Origin: Clostridia bacterium
GTDB lineage: Bacteria; Bacillota; Clostridia; Oscillospirales; CAG-272
Assembly: GCA_017937135.1 (NCBI GenBank)
Contig: JAGBEE010000003.1
Coordinates: forward strand, 8,637-72,636
Reading direction: 5' to 3'
DNA: 64,000 nt
The notes beneath the pieces were generated by a model, which had not been told where the DNA came from, made no database searches, and worked only from the letters and a program-made list of their open reading frames with translations. The translations under genes and the position numbers were made by a program. Below, piece by piece: positions 44,104-52,571 of the stretch (positions within the stretch are counted from its first letter, which is position 1; each line of letters begins with the position of its first letter).

Positions 44104-45630
44104 TTAATCATAATAAACGATACCGTCCTCAATGCTATCAATTTCACTATGAATTCTTTGAAGCCTACGGTCCTGCTTGATTTTACCAATAAGACCTAAA
44201 ACCTGAATAGTAATAAGAGGAGTCATAGCTATCATAGCAACGATACCGAAGGCGTCAGTCAGAATATTTCCTCCGGGAATTACCGAGCAAGCGCCGATAG
44301 CAAATGGCAAAATAAATGTTGTAGCCATAGGACCGCTTGCAACTCCACCTGAGTCGAAGGCGATACCTGTATAAATAGGTGGAACAAAGAATGTAATAAC
44401 AAGAGGGATAATATAGCCCACAATCAAAACAGGCCATATTGGCATACCTGTAAGCACACGCACCATCGAGATACCAACAGAGGCGGCAACACCGACAGAT
44501 AAGGCAATACCAATTGATTTTTGAGAAATAGCACCGTTTGTAACCTCTTCAACCTGCTTTTTAAGAGTATGGACAGCAGGCTCGGCAGAAACTACAAAGT
44601 AGCCAAGAAGCATACCAATAGGCACAAGCAGCCATCTCATAGTCTCATTAGAGGCAAGCTCCTTGCCAATAAGCTGACCAGCAGGCATAAAGCCAACGTT
44701 AGCGCCTGTTAGGAAAAGAACAAGACCAACATATGTGTACATAAAGCCGATACAAATTCTTAATACCTCATGCTTGTTAAAGCGCTTGAATATTACTTGG
44801 AAAATAACAAACATAAAAACAAGAGGTAAGAAGGCTATTAAAACCTCGTGTATGTATTTAGGGAAGCCATTTTCTGCATCGAAAAACGCCATAAATGCTT
44901 CCTTAGTAGTAGCAACATCGCTTGGGTCAACTGGAGGAGCCGAGTCTGCACTTGGACCTTTTATAATACTAAGAATAAGAACTGATAAAATAGGACCAAC
45001 ACTACAAAGAGCAACTATACCAAAGCTGTCCTCTGCCGAGTGCTTATCCTTTCTTGTAAGGGCAAGACCTGCGCCAAGTGCCATTATAAATGGAACTGTA
45101 ATAGGACCTGTTGTAACTCCACCAGAGTCAAATGCAGTTGGCACGAAATCATCTGGAGCAAAGAACATAAGCACCAATATTACAAGGTAAAGAGGCACTA
45201 AGAGATATGCTAACGGAATTTTCTTTCTTGTTCTAATAAACGCAAGCGCTAAAAAGACACCAACGCCAAGAGCGACAAGCAAAATAAGCACCATATTTTC
45301 AATAGACGGCACCTTTTCTGCCAGCACCTGTAAATCAGGCTCTGCAATAGTGATAAGCACACCTACAACAAAGCAAACAAGCACAGGCAAAATCCATCTT
45401 TTCGATTTGCTTATTTGCAAACCAACGCCCTCACCAAGAGGCTGCATCGAAACGTTTGAGCCTATTGTAAAGATGCTCATACCAAAAATCAGCAAAAGAG
45501 CACCAAACATAAACATTACTAAAATTCCCGAGTTAATAGGAGAGAGGGAAACACATAAAACAAGCACTATAGCGCAAATCGGCAATACTGATTTAAGCGA
45601 TTCACTAAGTGAGGCATTTAAAAGTCGCAT
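44104..45630 (-). CDS. Polytopic membrane protein, apparent fusion of two DUF1538-like halves
   Basis: Start at the ATG at 45630 (GGGAGAG upstream). About 508 aa with an internal duplication: FDSGGVTTGPITVPFIMALG in the first half and FDSGGVASGPMATTFILPFAIG in the second. Family name recalled from memory. Confidence 0.7.
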   Translation of the reverse strand: MRLLNASLSESLKSVLPICAIVLVLCVSLSPINSGILVMFMFGALLLIFGMSIFTIGSNVSMQPLGEGVGLQISKSKRWILPVLVCFVVGVLITIAEPDLQVLAEKVPSIENMVLILLVALGVGVFLALAFIRTRKKIPLAYLLVPLYLVILVLMFFAPDDFVPTAFDSGGVTTGPITVPFIMALGAGLALTRKDKHSAEDSFGIVALCSVGPILSVLILSIIKGPSADSAPPVDPSDVATTKEAFMAFFDAENGFPKYIHEVLIAFLPLVFMFVIFQVIFKRFNKHEVLRICIGFMYTYVGLVLFLTGANVGFMPAGQLIGKELASNETMRWLLVPIGMLLGYFVVSAEPAVHTLKKQVEEVTNGAISQKSIGIALSVGVAASVGISMVRVLTGMPIWPVLIVGYIIPLVITFFVPPIYTGIAFDSGGVASGPMATTFILPFAIGACSVIPGGNILTDAFGIVAMIAMTPLITIQVLGLIGKIKQDRRLQRIHSEIDSIEDGIVYYD

Positions 45631-45721
45631 AATTTCTCTCCCTTCAAAACATACTATAAAAATTATAACAAATAAAAACTGAAAAAGCAATATATAATAA
45701 ACTAAATTTATAAATAAAATA

Positions 45722-45750
45722 TTGACTTTATAAGAAAATAGTGTTAAACT
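45722..45750 (+). promoter_or_regulatory. Candidate SigA promoter of the HMA-domain gene
   Basis: TTGACT, 17-nt spacer, TAAACT. Followed 3 nt later by the palindrome GTTAGT-CCGA-ACTAAC (45754-45769). Confidence 0.45.
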
Positions 45751-45788
45751 ATAGTTAGTCCGAACTAACCGAAAGAAGGAGAGTTAAA

Positions 45789-46049
45789 ATGATTAGAATA
45801 ACACTTAAAATAGAAGGAATGATGTGTGGCATGTGTGAGTCGCATATTAATGATACAATACGTAGAGAATTAAATGTAGATAAGGTAACGTCCTCTCGCT
45901 CAAAAAAAGAGAGTGTAATTATAGCAAAGGACGACATAGAAAACGAAAAAATAAGAGCCTGTGTCGCTAAAACAGGCTATGAGCTTATAAATATTACGAA
46001 GGAACCGTACGAAAAGAGGTCGTTTTTTGGTTTCTTAAAAAGAAAATAA
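45789..46049 (+). CDS. Heavy-metal-associated (HMA) domain protein, CopZ-like
   Basis: 86 aa. GMMCGMCE metal-binding motif in a beta-alpha-beta-beta-alpha-beta pattern. RBS GAAGGAGAG. Confidence 0.8.
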   Translation: MIRITLKIEGMMCGMCESHINDTIRRELNVDKVTSSRSKKESVIIAKDDIENEKIRACVAKTGYELINITKEPYEKRSFFGFLKRK

Positions 46050-46247
46050 TCAAATTAGCTCCATACTTAATTTAATTGCTTTATTGTATCTTGGGATTTG
46101 CTCAGCAAAAAAGTGCAAATCAAACGCATTGTGAATAAAACGTGCGCGATTTAAAAGCTCACCTTTTAAATCATTGTCGAGAGAAAGAAAAAACCTACGT
46201 GAGCTTGAGCTGTTTTTTAGTAGCTCACCTAAATTCAAATAATCCAT
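46050..46247 (-). CDS. Hypothetical small protein (doubtful)
   Basis: 65 aa from the ATG at 46247 (GGGGGTGA upstream). No motif. It abuts the HMA gene stop with zero spacing and has no obvious promoter after the upstream terminator. Confidence 0.3.
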   Translation of the reverse strand: MDYLNLGELLKNSSSSRRFFLSLDNDLKGELLNRARFIHNAFDLHFFAEQIPRYNKAIKLSMELI

Positions 46248-46293
46248 AAAATCACCCCCAATAAAATAAATGCAAAAGTTCATCTAAATATGA

Positions 46294-46322
46294 AAAGTCC
46301 CGAGAAAATCTCGGGACTTTTT
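46294..46322. terminator. Rho-independent terminator after the 46327..49248 gene
   Basis: AAAGTCCCGAG-AAAAT-CTCGGGACTTT flanked by A/T runs. Confidence 0.8.
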
Positions 46323-46326
46323 AATA

Positions 46327-49248
46327 TTAGTAGGGCATTGTCTGTCCCCACAATACTGTTAGGTTCATTAGCATGCCACCATTCCAGCTGCTATCCCAGC
46401 CTGATGGTTTACTGCTTGCCTCGCAATAAACGGTTAATCCATCTGTGCCGTCAATTATATACATTCCAATTGTCTTAACGCTTTTTGAAATATATAGTTT
46501 TGTCATACTAGTATTTTGGAAGGCCCTCATACCAATAGAGGTTACGTTTTTACCAACAACAAATTCTTTAATGCTTGTAAATTCAAAGGAAGCATTTCCA
46601 ATGGTTGTTACGCTTTCAGGTAGTGTAATTTCGACAAGACCTGTGCAATTAGAGAAGGCTCTGTCTCCAATTGTAAGAAGTCCACCCTCCTCAAATTCAA
46701 CACTTGCAAGGCTCCGAACCTCATAAAACGCACAATTACCTATAGCAGTAACAGTGCTTGGCACATTAACGCTTGTAACATCTGTACCATAGAAGGCGTA
46801 ATCGCCAATAGCATAATTTTGACCATAGTAGCCTTGGGGCAGAGTAATTTCGGTATTATCTGCATAATAGCACGCTAAATAATTTACTCCGTCTAAGGTG
46901 TAGAAAACATAAGGTGTATACGATGAGTAGTCCATTATGCTCTCCTCACTCTTGTCTGTGTGTATCACCTTTATTTTGTCCATGCTTGAAAGGTCAATGC
47001 TTGAAAAGTTATAAACCTCTGTTAATTTGTAGCAATAGCCAATTTCCAGGTGCTGAACATTTTGTCCGACAGTCAATCCCACAAGGTCTCTGCCTGGAAC
47101 TAAGCCTGTTACAGTAGTAACGGTATCTGGTATTGATATGCTTACAACGGGAGCGCCATTCCAACTAGAGTAGGTAGTAAAGTCAATCTCGGTAACATCC
47201 TTGCCCTCGTAGCTCATTGGGAATACAAGGTGTATATCAGGACAGCTTCCCCTGCCTGTTATTTTGTATGTGCCATCGCTCTTTAGCTCGTAAACAAGAC
47301 CTTCGCTGTAATATTCATCATTACAGTAATAGCATTTTTCGTTTATGTATCTGTGCTTGCTTTGCGCAATTTCGCTCATTCCCGAAAGAACGGTTTTGCA
47401 ATTAGAGCATCTTGTGCCCGATGTATGTCCTTTACTTGTACACGTCGCATTGAGCTTGCTAACAGCCTCGGGAGTATGATCAAGCATAGGAATAACAACC
47501 TGCGCTGATAAAATTTTATCACACACGGAGCAAATTTCTCCGTCACTTAATCCAGCTTCCTTACAGGTTGCCGCCTTACCGGTAACTGTTTTAGGAGTAT
47601 GTACATCCGACTTTGGTATTTCTGTCTGCTTCGTTATCACTGCGTCACAAACAGAGCACACGCATCCGTCAGTAAGCCCCGTTTCTTTACAGGTTGCTTC
47701 CCTACCTGGCACTATTTGTTCTGTGTGGGGAAGGAGCTTTATAGTTTCCTGCGCAACTGTAATAGTACCACAAACAGAGCATTTTTCACCGTCAGTCAAG
47801 CCTGTTTGGGTACAGGTAGCATCCTTGCCTTCAATGGCTACAGGCGTATGGGGGATAGTTGGTGTTGCTTGTTGCTCAGCAAGCACCTTGTCGCAAACAG
47901 AGCATTTTTGCCCATCAGTAAGCCCCGTTTCCTTACAGGTAGCCTCTTTACCCTTAATGGTTACAGGTGTGTGTACATCTGAAATTGGTATTACTGTCTG
48001 CTCAGTTAGCACCTTGTTACAAACAGAGCACACGCATCCGTCAGTAAGTCCTGCTTCCTTACACGTTGCTTTCTTACCAGCTACTATTTGTTCTGTATGA
48101 GGAAGGAGCTTTATAGTTTCCTGTGCAACTGTAATAGTACCACAAACAGAGCATTTTTTACCATCTGTCAGGCCTGTTTGCGTACAGCTTGCGCTTGTAC
48201 CCTTTATTGTTTGTTCGGTGTGCCCTAATGCGTTAATTGGCTTTTGCTCCTCTGAAAATGTATGGCATACGGAGCATTTTTGACCGTCAGTGAGTCCTGG
48301 CTCAGTACATGTAGGAGCCTTGCCATCAACCTTGATATAACTACAGCTTGCCTTTGGAATACTTGCTTGCTCAACTAAAACCGTATGACAGCTTGTGCAC
48401 TCAATTCCGTCAGTTTTTCCCTCAGTCTGACAGGTGGAAGCATAGCCCTTTAGTACACCCTGTGTATGATTTTCGGGATTTATAGCAAGAGGCAGACCCT
48501 CTTCAAGCACCTCGTTACACATAGAGCATTTTTTGCCATCTGTCATACCAACCAAGGTGCACGTTGGCTCATAGCCTGGAATAACTACCTCTGTATGTTC
48601 AATTTTTGCAATATCTCTTGTTACCTCGTGCTTGCAGAGTGAGCAAACCTTTTTTTCAGAGCCAAGCTCAGTACAGCTTGGCATTTTAATAAGCGTCCAG
48701 TCGCTATAAGCGTGCGTATGTATGCCTGTTCCATCGTTGTTTTGTCCGTTGTTATCATCGTTGTCTGGCTTTTCTTCATTTAGATTTTTAACTAAGAAGA
48801 ATATACCAACAGATAAAACAGCCACAGCAAGAGTAATGCTTAAAATAATGATAAGTATCTTTTTAAGAGACATTTTACCAGCAGTAGTAACATCATTATT
48901 TACATTAACGTCTATATTGATATTCTTATCATCAATGTTTTTCTCATCATTTTTATTAGCCATATTTTTTTCTGGCTTGTCCTCATCAGCCACCATTTCC
49001 TTTGGCTCATTTTGTGGCGTAGGGGTAGGGGACTTTTTCTCTTGTGGATTTAATTCATCATTTAATAAATCATCAAAGCTAACCTCAAATATCTCGGCAA
49101 GCCTTTTGATTTTTTCAAGCTCGGGAACGCTCATTCCTGCTTCCCATTTGTAAATTGCCTGTCTTGAAATGTCGAGCTTGTCAGCAAGCTGCTCTTGGCT
49201 CATTGAATGCTTTTTTCTAAGATAGGCTATCTTATCACTAAGCTGCAT
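46327..49248 (-). CDS. Membrane-tethered XRE-family regulator with extracellular His/Cys-rich repeats and BspA-type LRRs
   Basis: 973 aa. N-terminal HTH (MSQEQLADKLDISRQAIYKWEAGMSVPELEKIKRLAEIF). One TM helix (aa ~127-153). About 11 repeats of ~41 aa (HTxxxxxGKxATCxxxGLTDGxKCSVC). C-terminal LRR_5-type repeats. Confidence 0.85.
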   Translation of the reverse strand: MQLSDKIAYLRKKHSMSQEQLADKLDISRQAIYKWEAGMSVPELEKIKRLAEIFEVSFDDLLNDELNPQEKKSPTPTPQNEPKEMVADEDKPEKNMANKNDEKNIDDKNINIDVNVNNDVTTAGKMSLKKILIIILSITLAVAVLSVGIFFLVKNLNEEKPDNDDNNGQNNDGTGIHTHAYSDWTLIKMPSCTELGSEKKVCSLCKHEVTRDIAKIEHTEVVIPGYEPTCTLVGMTDGKKCSMCNEVLEEGLPLAINPENHTQGVLKGYASTCQTEGKTDGIECTSCHTVLVEQASIPKASCSYIKVDGKAPTCTEPGLTDGQKCSVCHTFSEEQKPINALGHTEQTIKGTSASCTQTGLTDGKKCSVCGTITVAQETIKLLPHTEQIVAGKKATCKEAGLTDGCVCSVCNKVLTEQTVIPISDVHTPVTIKGKEATCKETGLTDGQKCSVCDKVLAEQQATPTIPHTPVAIEGKDATCTQTGLTDGEKCSVCGTITVAQETIKLLPHTEQIVPGREATCKETGLTDGCVCSVCDAVITKQTEIPKSDVHTPKTVTGKAATCKEAGLSDGEICSVCDKILSAQVVIPMLDHTPEAVSKLNATCTSKGHTSGTRCSNCKTVLSGMSEIAQSKHRYINEKCYYCNDEYYSEGLVYELKSDGTYKITGRGSCPDIHLVFPMSYEGKDVTEIDFTTYSSWNGAPVVSISIPDTVTTVTGLVPGRDLVGLTVGQNVQHLEIGYCYKLTEVYNFSSIDLSSMDKIKVIHTDKSEESIMDYSSYTPYVFYTLDGVNYLACYYADNTEITLPQGYYGQNYAIGDYAFYGTDVTSVNVPSTVTAIGNCAFYEVRSLASVEFEEGGLLTIGDRAFSNCTGLVEITLPESVTTIGNASFEFTSIKEFVVGKNVTSIGMRAFQNTSMTKLYISKSVKTIGMYIIDGTDGLTVYCEASSKPSGWDSSWNGGMLMNLTVLWGQTMPY
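47314..48720 (-). repeat. Tandem coding repeats (~123-126 bp units) in the sensor ectodomain
   Basis: About 11 consecutive ~41-42-aa units. Blocks 47647-47811 and 48019-48183 are near-identical (5 of 55 aa differ), 372 bp apart. Confidence 0.85.
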
Positions 49249-49516
49249 GTTTTTCTCCTTGTCGTTTATTTACCGAATTGTTAATTGCCTCGGTTACATG
49301 TTAGAATTATATCACTATGTGGGTTAGAGCGCAAGAAATCAACGGTAGCAAGTTGTCAACTGGTGGTTGCATTTTGTTAAATTCTAATATTCTTATATCA
49401 ACTTTAGTTATATAAATATAATTATACTCAATATCTGAGTAAATGTCAACAATTATAATTGACAATAAATAGAAGGCTGTGGTAACATATAATTAGAAAA
49501 AATTAAGGAGAGATTT

Positions 49517-50941
49517 ATGAAAAAATTTATATTTTTATTAATTTCACTTTTGTTGATTATATCATTACTTGCATCCTGTGGAGAAGGTAGCGACCCAATA
49601 GACACCTCTTCACAATTGGAAACGGGTAGTGAGGAAAACAAAAACCCCGAGCCCAAACCCGAACCCGAACCTATGCCCGACCCCGAGCCCGAGCCTGAGC
49701 CTGACCCAGAACCAAACCCCGACCCAGAACCTAAACCCGAGCCCGAGCCTGAGCCCGAAATTACAAGCATTGAAATTGCCAAGGATGGTATTAGCAATTA
49801 TGTAATAGTTTACTCACTTAATAACAAGGTGGTAAAGGAAAATGCGCTTTTATTTCAGTCATATTTAAAGGATACATATTCAATAGAGCTTGACTGTATA
49901 AAGACAAGCGAGGCACAGGCATCACAGGACAAGAGGATAATTTTCGGCGCATATAAGGGCGACGAGGCGCAAAGACTCACAAGTGGAGATTTTGGAGTGT
50001 TTATGGATGGAGATGACCTCGTTATAACTGCTACAACAAACAACCTATATCCCTACCTTATGGACATATTAAGAGATGATATTTTAAAAGACATTCAAAA
50101 CGGTAGCTGGACAGTAAACAAGGAAGATGATTTTATATACACAAATTCATCATATAAGGATATTGGCTATGTAGAATATATGGTTAGTAAGAATGGTAGC
50201 TTCTCCGAGACACTTTACGAGAAAATTCTAACCTACCAAACTTTTACGTCTGAGGATGGAACAGTATTGCCATACAGAATGTACGTTCCATATGAATATG
50301 ATAAGGATAAGAGCTACCCTGTGTTTGTTTTCTTGCACGGAGCAGGTGAGCGTGGAACTGACAATGTATCACAGCTAAAGAATTTGATAAAGCCATTATT
50401 TGCATTTGAAGGCTCACCGCTTCTTGATGCGATAGTTATTTGTCCTCAATGCCCTTCAGCTAATGACAACAAATGGGTAGATACACCTTGGGAAAACGGA
50501 AACTATCGCGTTGACAAGGTGGCACAGTCAAACGAATTAAAGGCAGTAATGGAGCTGTTTGAAAAAATTGAAAATACCTATTCAACAGATTTGAATAGAT
50601 ACTATGCAATGGGGCTTTCAATGGGTGGCTTTGGCGCGTGGGATTTACTTATGCGCGCGCCCGAAAGATTTTGTGCAATAGTTGCCCTTTGTGCAGGTGC
50701 AGACCCATCTATGGCAGAGGCGCTTAAAAATAAGCCGATTTACACCTTGCACGGAACTAATGATAACGTTGTTCCAATTACAGGCACACAGGAAATGGTA
50801 GATGCATTAAAGAAGGCGGGAAGCACCTCTATAATATACGAGGAAATGCAAGACTATGGGCACAACGTATGGGGATACGTATCCACAAAGCCTGAGATTT
50901 TAGAGTGGCTATTTTCACAAGGGGTGAGCGAAAATGAGTAG
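49517..50941 (+). CDS. Lipoprotein esterase (alpha/beta hydrolase) with a Pro-Glu-rich linker
   Basis: 474 aa. Lipobox LLASC then [13 protein letters not shown] linker. C-terminal hydrolase motifs [20 protein letters not shown] (GxSxG), [16 protein letters not shown]. Confidence 0.8.
   Translation: MKKFIFLLISLLLIISLLASCGEGSDPIDTSSQLETGSEENKNPEPKPEPEPMPDPEPEPEPDPEPNPDPEPKPEPEPEPEITSIEIAKDGISNYVIVYSLNNKVVKENALLFQSYLKDTYSIELDCIKTSEAQASQDKRIIFGAYKGDEAQRLTSGDFGVFMDGDDLVITATTNNLYPYLMDILRDDILKDIQNGSWTVNKEDDFIYTNSSYKDIGYVEYMVSKNGSFSETLYEKILTYQTFTSEDGTVLPYRMYVPYEYDKDKSYPVFVFLHGAGERGTDNVSQLKNLIKPLFAFEGSPLLDAIVICPQCPSANDNKWVDTPWENGNYRVDKVAQSNELKAVMELFEKIENTYSTDLNRYYAMGLSMGGFGAWDLLMRAPERFCAIVALCAGADPSMAEALKNKPIYTLHGTNDNVVPITGTQEMVDALKKAGSTSIIYEEMQDYGHNVWGYVSTKPEILEWLFSQGVSENE
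49643..49759 (+). repeat. Low-complexity (P-E/D/K)n coding repeat
   Basis: [39 protein letters not shown], with 6-nt periodic CCNGAN DNA. The antisense frame gives a spurious GS-rich ORF. Confidence 0.9.
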
Positions 50942-51617
50942 CGAATGCCTAATTTGTTCACAAGCATTAAAATACCTTGATAGTGAAGAAATGATGAAAT
51001 GCGCTATTTGTGGAAAAACAGAAAAAAGCGCGACCGCGTGTATAAATAAGCATTATGTATGTAATGAATGTCATACACAGGGTATAGATTTAATTTTTAA
51101 TGCTTTAGGTAGCGAAAATAGCAAAAATCCAATAAAGATTTTTAAAATGCTTATATCATTACCATTTTGCCATATGCACGGATCCGAGCACCATATATTA
51201 GTTGGCGCAGCACTTTTATGTGCTTACAAAAACGCAGGTGGTAAAATTGATTTGACAAAAAGCCTTGTTCAGTTAATCGAGAGGGCAAAAAAGGTCCCTG
51301 GTGGTGCGTGTGGCTTTTGGGGAGCGTGCGGAGCAGGAATAAGTAGCGGAATGTTTATCTCCATTGTAACAGGCTCAACACCTCTAAAAAATGAGGAGTG
51401 GGGACTAAGCAACAAAATGACCTCATTATCACTTGGTAAAATTGGAGAAATAGGTGGACCAAGATGCTGCAAGCGCAATTCATACACAGCGATTATATCA
51501 GCTGTTGAATTTGCAAGGGAGAACCTTAAGGTTCAAATGGAGCTCCCAATCATAAAATGCGAGCACCAATCCCAAAACAACCAATGCATTGGCACAAGAT
51601 GCCCATATTTCAGTTAA
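50934..51617 (+). CDS. Cys/His-rich protein of unknown function with an N-terminal zinc-ribbon-like motif
   Basis: 227 aa. CLICS...CAICG...CNECH, then [23 protein letters not shown] and PRCCKRN. Overlaps the esterase gene by 8 nt. Confidence 0.7.
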   Translation: MSSECLICSQALKYLDSEEMMKCAICGKTEKSATACINKHYVCNECHTQGIDLIFNALGSENSKNPIKIFKMLISLPFCHMHGSEHHILVGAALLCAYKNAGGKIDLTKSLVQLIERAKKVPGGACGFWGACGAGISSGMFISIVTGSTPLKNEEWGLSNKMTSLSLGKIGEIGGPRCCKRNSYTAIISAVEFARENLKVQMELPIIKCEHQSQNNQCIGTRCPYFS

Positions 51618-51623
51618 ACAAAA

Positions 51624-51677
51624 AACAGACACTTATGAGGTGAACCCCATTTAGTTCACATTAGTGTCTGTTTTTTA
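51624..51677. terminator. Nested-hairpin bidirectional terminator
   Basis: Outer stem AACAGACACT/AGTGTCTGTT, inner hairpin GTGAAC-CCCATTTA-GTTCAC, then a T-run. Lies between convergent genes. Confidence 0.8.
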
Positions 51678-51679
51678 AA

Positions 51680-52360
51680 TTATTGCGCTTGTCTTTTTTG
51701 CATTTTGCGCCAATTTATAAAGCCATATAAATCGTTTATAAAAAACACAATAAAGCAAATAATCATAGGAATGTAAGAGGGCGACTCGATTGATGCAAGC
51801 ACCCAAAGCACAATAAGAACAATATCGTTTGCCATATAACCAAGAGCGTAATATGGCGAGCGAAGATAGGTTAAATATACTGCCAAAAACGAGGTTGTAA
51901 TTGAAATTGTGCTAAAGATAATATTATTAGTATTGAAGAAGTCTAAAATAAAATAAAAGGCAAATGTAACTATGGCGCATAATATAAGCATTATAGAAAC
52001 ACTTTTTTTGCTCACTCGGCTAACTTCAACCTCGTGCGTGCCCTTGTAAGGATGCTTGACCCAAGAAATCAAGGAGACAAGTGCCATAGGCGCGCTCATT
52101 CCAACGTAAGTGATTAACTCACCATAATATTTAAAAAAGAATGAAATAATCCCATAAAAAATTGCAAAAACAATGCAAAGCACCTGTCCAAGCGCCTCAC
52201 CCTTGGCAACGAAAATTAGAGCAGTAACTCCTATAAGCGAGGCAATAAGAGTTAAAAAGTCCTTGTTTTCTGGAATTAAAAATGAAACAATAACGCTAAC
52301 GAGCGAAAAAATCCAAAGGCAAAGCTCAAATTTATTAAGACGCTTAAACGCACTAAACAT
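51680..52360 (-). CDS. pnuC: Nicotinamide riboside (PnuC-family) transporter
   Basis: Start at the ATG at 52360 (GGGAGG upstream). Polytopic membrane protein with PnuC-type motifs (WVKHPYKG, NDLYGFINWRKM). Confidence 0.8.
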   Translation of the reverse strand: MFSAFKRLNKFELCLWIFSLVSVIVSFLIPENKDFLTLIASLIGVTALIFVAKGEALGQVLCIVFAIFYGIISFFFKYYGELITYVGMSAPMALVSLISWVKHPYKGTHEVEVSRVSKKSVSIMLILCAIVTFAFYFILDFFNTNNIIFSTISITTSFLAVYLTYLRSPYYALGYMANDIVLIVLWVLASIESPSYIPMIICFIVFFINDLYGFINWRKMQKRQAQ

Positions 52361-52382
52361 AAAAAGCTGACCTCCCTTCAAC

Positions 52383-52436
52383 AAAAAAGCATTCGCAGGC
52401 ACATCTTCAAAGACCTAACGATGTGCAAACGAATGC
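52383..52436 (-). terminator. Leader terminator (attenuator) upstream of pnuC
   Basis: On the minus strand: GCATTCG-TTT-GCACATC ... GATGTGC-CTG-CGAATGC (7+7 bp with a 3x3 internal loop) then TTTTTT. It ends 22 nt before the pnuC start codon, just upstream of its RBS. Confidence 0.6.
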
Positions 52437-52477
52437 AAAGCATTACACTACCCGGTGGCAGTAATTATTACGAAAGC

Positions 52478-52506
52478 ATTTTAACATACATACGCCCAAA
52501 AGTCAA
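52478..52506 (-). promoter_or_regulatory. Candidate SigA promoter of the pnuC leader
   Basis: On the minus strand: TTGACT, 17-nt spacer, TAAAAT. Confidence 0.5.
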
Positions 52507-52528
52507 TAACTAAAAGATAAAAAAGCTA

Positions 52529-52557
52529 TTGCAAATCAAATACTTTTGTGCTATACT
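52529..52557 (+). promoter_or_regulatory. Candidate promoter of tRNA-Ser
   Basis: TTGCAA, 17-nt spacer, TATACT. Ends 14 nt before the tRNA 5' end. Confidence 0.5.
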
Positions 52558-52571
52558 GTTAAAGCAAATAT

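Noticed and set aside
46248-46283. Longer start (ATG at 46283) for the small ORF 46050..46283.
   Set aside because: The N-terminal extension (MNFCIYFIGGDF) overlaps the GGGGGTGA RBS of the internal ATG at 46247. Even the shorter ORF is only weakly supported.
47314-48720. Periodic ~125-bp DNA repeats considered as a possible CRISPR array or minisatellite.
   Set aside because: The repeats lie in one long open reading frame with a conserved amino-acid consensus. The units are contiguous with no unique spacers, and there are no cas genes. They are coding tandem repeats.
49453-49797. 114-aa GS-rich ORF on the minus strand.
   Set aside because: It is the antisense mirror of the (PE)n linker of the esterase lipoprotein. 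It has no RBS and is low complexity only.
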